A stretch of 64,000 nucleotides of DNA from Chitinophagales bacterium. Lineage in GTDB: Bacteria; Bacteroidota; Bacteroidia; Chitinophagales; BACL12. Positions 61,909 to 64,000 of the stretch are shown one piece after another. The translations under genes were made by a program, and so were the position numbers. The notes beneath the pieces were generated by a model. The model was not told the origin of the DNA and did no database searches. It saw only the letters and a list, made by a program, of their open reading frames with translations. Location: positions 11,621 through 75,620 of the forward strand of contig JBGAWP010000007.1 of assembly GCA_044227505.1 (NCBI GenBank). The letters run 5' to 3'. Position 1 is the first letter of the stretch; every line of letters starts with the position of its first letter.

Positions 61909-62898
61909 ATGAAATTATTTATTACCTCGCTTTTCTCAGTAACTTTATTCACAGCGGGACTTTCACAAATTAAAAAAGAATATTATTTTACTGACTCCAT
62001 TTCTGCCAATATTAGAAAATATCGTTTAGAGAGGGAAAATGAAATTCCAATATTTTTTACTACAAAAAAACCGGACTGGAAAAATTTAGAAATTCCACTT
62101 TCTAAAACTGAAAAAGACAAGTATCTTAAAAAACTAGCAGGCAATAAATTTTTTGAACCCTCCACCTATTTAGTTCGCGAAGAATATCACATTATTGATT
62201 TTAATGGGGACACTAAGCCGGATGTAATTTTCACTGGACGAGAACCTGGTGGAGGTGAAATAGACAACATGGCGTTCTTTGAGAATGAAGGTGATAGTTT
62301 ACGCCTTACACTAAAATTATTGGGGACGATAATTGATTTCAAAAAAGAAAGTAAAAAATCACCAGCTACATTCACAGTATGGGAATGGCCCTGTTGCGAT
62401 TATGCTTATCACAATATCTATTATTATTCCTATTTTTCCAAAGAATTCATTAAGGATAATTTAAATTCAGATCAAGGTCATTATAATCAATCTTATGGAA
62501 AATTTGTAAAAAATAACCATAACAACTTTAAAGTGGTGGAAGAATATTTATATGTGAAAAGTACTTATTTACCAAAAAACGGGGTATTAAAAAGTTCAAT
62601 ACATTTTAAAACGAACGCTGATTCCACCTCCTTGCACACAAATCCTTCATTAGCAATTACTTCACAATTTGATTTTTATATACCGGAAGATTATAAATAT
62701 GATATAGTACTTTCCATTTTACCTGTTAATAGCACGGGCACAATTATTTGTACAGAAATTATCAATGAAATTGTGTATGCTTTCGTTAAACTTGATTCAG
62801 CTTACATTTTGAACAAACCTGTATTTCGAGGGAGAAGCGTTACAAATTTTTTGGGTTGGATGGAATTATCGGATTTGGATGTGGTTGAACAAAAGTAA
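61909..62898 (+). CDS. Secreted protein of unknown function
   Basis: Signal peptide. One FG-GAP-like segment (DFNGDTKPDVIFTG). Confidence 0.5.
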   Translation: MKLFITSLFSVTLFTAGLSQIKKEYYFTDSISANIRKYRLERENEIPIFFTTKKPDWKNLEIPLSKTEKDKYLKKLAGNKFFEPSTYLVREEYHIIDFNGDTKPDVIFTGREPGGGEIDNMAFFENEGDSLRLTLKLLGTIIDFKKESKKSPATFTVWEWPCCDYAYHNIYYYSYFSKEFIKDNLNSDQGHYNQSYGKFVKNNHNNFKVVEEYLYVKSTYLPKNGVLKSSIHFKTNADSTSLHTNPSLAITSQFDFYIPEDYKYDIVLSILPVNSTGTIICTEIINEIVYAFVKLDSAYILNKPVFRGRSVTNFLGWMELSDLDVVEQK

Positions 62899-63094
62899 TT
62901 ATTTGATGTGCGTATAAGTTAGATTGCCGAAGGGTTTTGTCGGCATAAAATTTTATAAGTGACAAGAACCTTGCCTGGAGTTCGTGACAAGAATCCAGCT
63001 TGGATTTTGCGACATGAACCCTGCGCGGGCGGCTGTATGAAATCCCTTTTACAACTATTAATTCTCAAAAAGGTTGCCTTACAATTTACATCCC

Positions 63095-64000
63095 TTAAAA
63101 ATCAAAATACGTATTAAACAGATCCGTTTTCAATGAAAGCATGATCATTTTTGTGGAGATGGTCTCGTTTTCATTTTTGAAGGTGCGGATGAATATTTGA
63201 CCTTCGAGATTGAGATTGATGGAGGGATTTAATAAAATACCGGCACGGAGATCAGTGCTTTTAATAGTGGTTCTTAAACCCTGCCCGATAAAATTTCCAT
63301 AGGAATCAGGAAATCCCGGGATATCGAAATCTGATTTAAAAATATCTCCCCCGAAATTTTCATCGAGATTATTATCGTAACCAATTACAGCAGATTGCAA
63401 TTTCGCTTCGAGATAATAACGTTGGAAAAAACGGTAATTAAATATTCCAATAAATTCTCTGAAATTTGCTCCAAGCGGATGCGCTAATGCCTGATTATAA
63501 TGCGAATAATTTTGAACAGGTTCCTTGTGCGCATAGGTATATGGATTTGCCTGATTCATTTCTGCCTGCACAATTAAATTTTTAATTCCGCCGGGTTCAT
63601 AAAATTTTAATCCTGCCTGTATACCAAATTTATTTCTGTAATATCCATCACCACCACGCGCCGCGGCAACGTCGAGATCGTCCATCATAAATTGTCCGTA
63701 AACGATCAGATCTTTTATTGGTTTGAATTTAATGTTTGCACCTATCACAGCATTATCCGGGGAACCTAAACCAAATTCAATCGGGCGGAAAAATATAATG
63801 GGATTTAAATAATTTACATCAAATCCTCTGTAACGAGTAGAGTCATTTGCCGGCCAAATAATACCTTCAAATAAACTTACCTGCACCCAATCAAAAACAT
63901 CATAACTTAAATAATGAAAGGAACCGAATTTGCGGGTTATACCAATTACGGAATCTACAGTTCCGGAAACAGCATCATCAAATTCGGTGTAAAGATTTAC
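63095..64000 (-). CDS. Outer-membrane beta-barrel protein (Wzi/RemB-like), C-terminal part; the 5' end lies beyond the window
   Basis: The frame stays open from 63886 to base 64000. The protein ends in ...LFNTYFDF. Family assignment is by recollection only. Confidence 0.5.
   Translation of the reverse strand, partial: VNLYTEFDDAVSGTVDSVIGITRKFGSFHYLSYDVFDWVQVSLFEGIIWPANDSTRYRGFDVNYLNPIIFFRPIEFGLGSPDNAVIGANIKFKPIKDLIVYGQFMMDDLDVAAARGGDGYYRNKFGIQAGLKFYEPGGIKNLIVQAEMNQANPYTYAHKEPVQNYSHYNQALAHPLGANFREFIGIFNYRFFQRYYLEAKLQSAVIGYDNNLDENFGGDIFKSDFDIPGFPDSYGNFIGQGLRTTIKSTDLRAGILLNPSINLNLEGQIFIRTFKNENETISTKMIMLSLKTDLFNTYFDF

Noticed and set aside
61311-62898. Genomic island integrated at the tRNA-Arg genes
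   Set aside because: No integrase, transposase or phage-like genes follow the tRNAs. Only a short tRNA fragment scar is visible.

Overview
AT-rich chromosome segment that looks Bacteroidota-type: it has T9SS C-terminal sorting domains, TAnnTTTG -7 boxes 15-40 nt upstream of start codons, and a TonB-dependent receptor. Bases 1-14000 hold a tightly packed dcw division/cell-wall cluster, ftsI(partial)-murE-mraY-murD-ftsW-murG-murC-ftsQ-ftsA-[insert]-ftsZ. Its junctions overlap by 1-4 nt, and murF and ddl are absent. The rest is mostly housekeeping and metabolism (lpdA, glpK, thyA-folA, proS, gyrB). It also contains transporters, a TetR-hydrolase pair, a LytTR two-component pair, a USP-Crp/Fnr pair, a TonB-receptor operon, two tRNA-Arg genes and several secreted proteins of unknown function. 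I saw no CRISPR array, transposase, integrase, or recognisable toxin or defence genes. The unusual content is mainly non-coding. (1) A four-helix-bundle (23S-IVS protein family) gene bounded by a 25/26 inverted repeat is inserted between ftsA and ftsZ. (2) Most non-operonic spacers are filled with short-period degenerate repeat arms, often in inverted pairs, plus modular dispersed elements, a 64-bp perfect palindrome, a 207-bp 7/8-mer array and a 5 x 64-bp tandem repeat. (3) A Tyr/Gly-rich low-complexity lipoprotein appears to form an operon with a FadL-like outer-membrane barrel. Product names come from motif recognition by eye; no database search was run.
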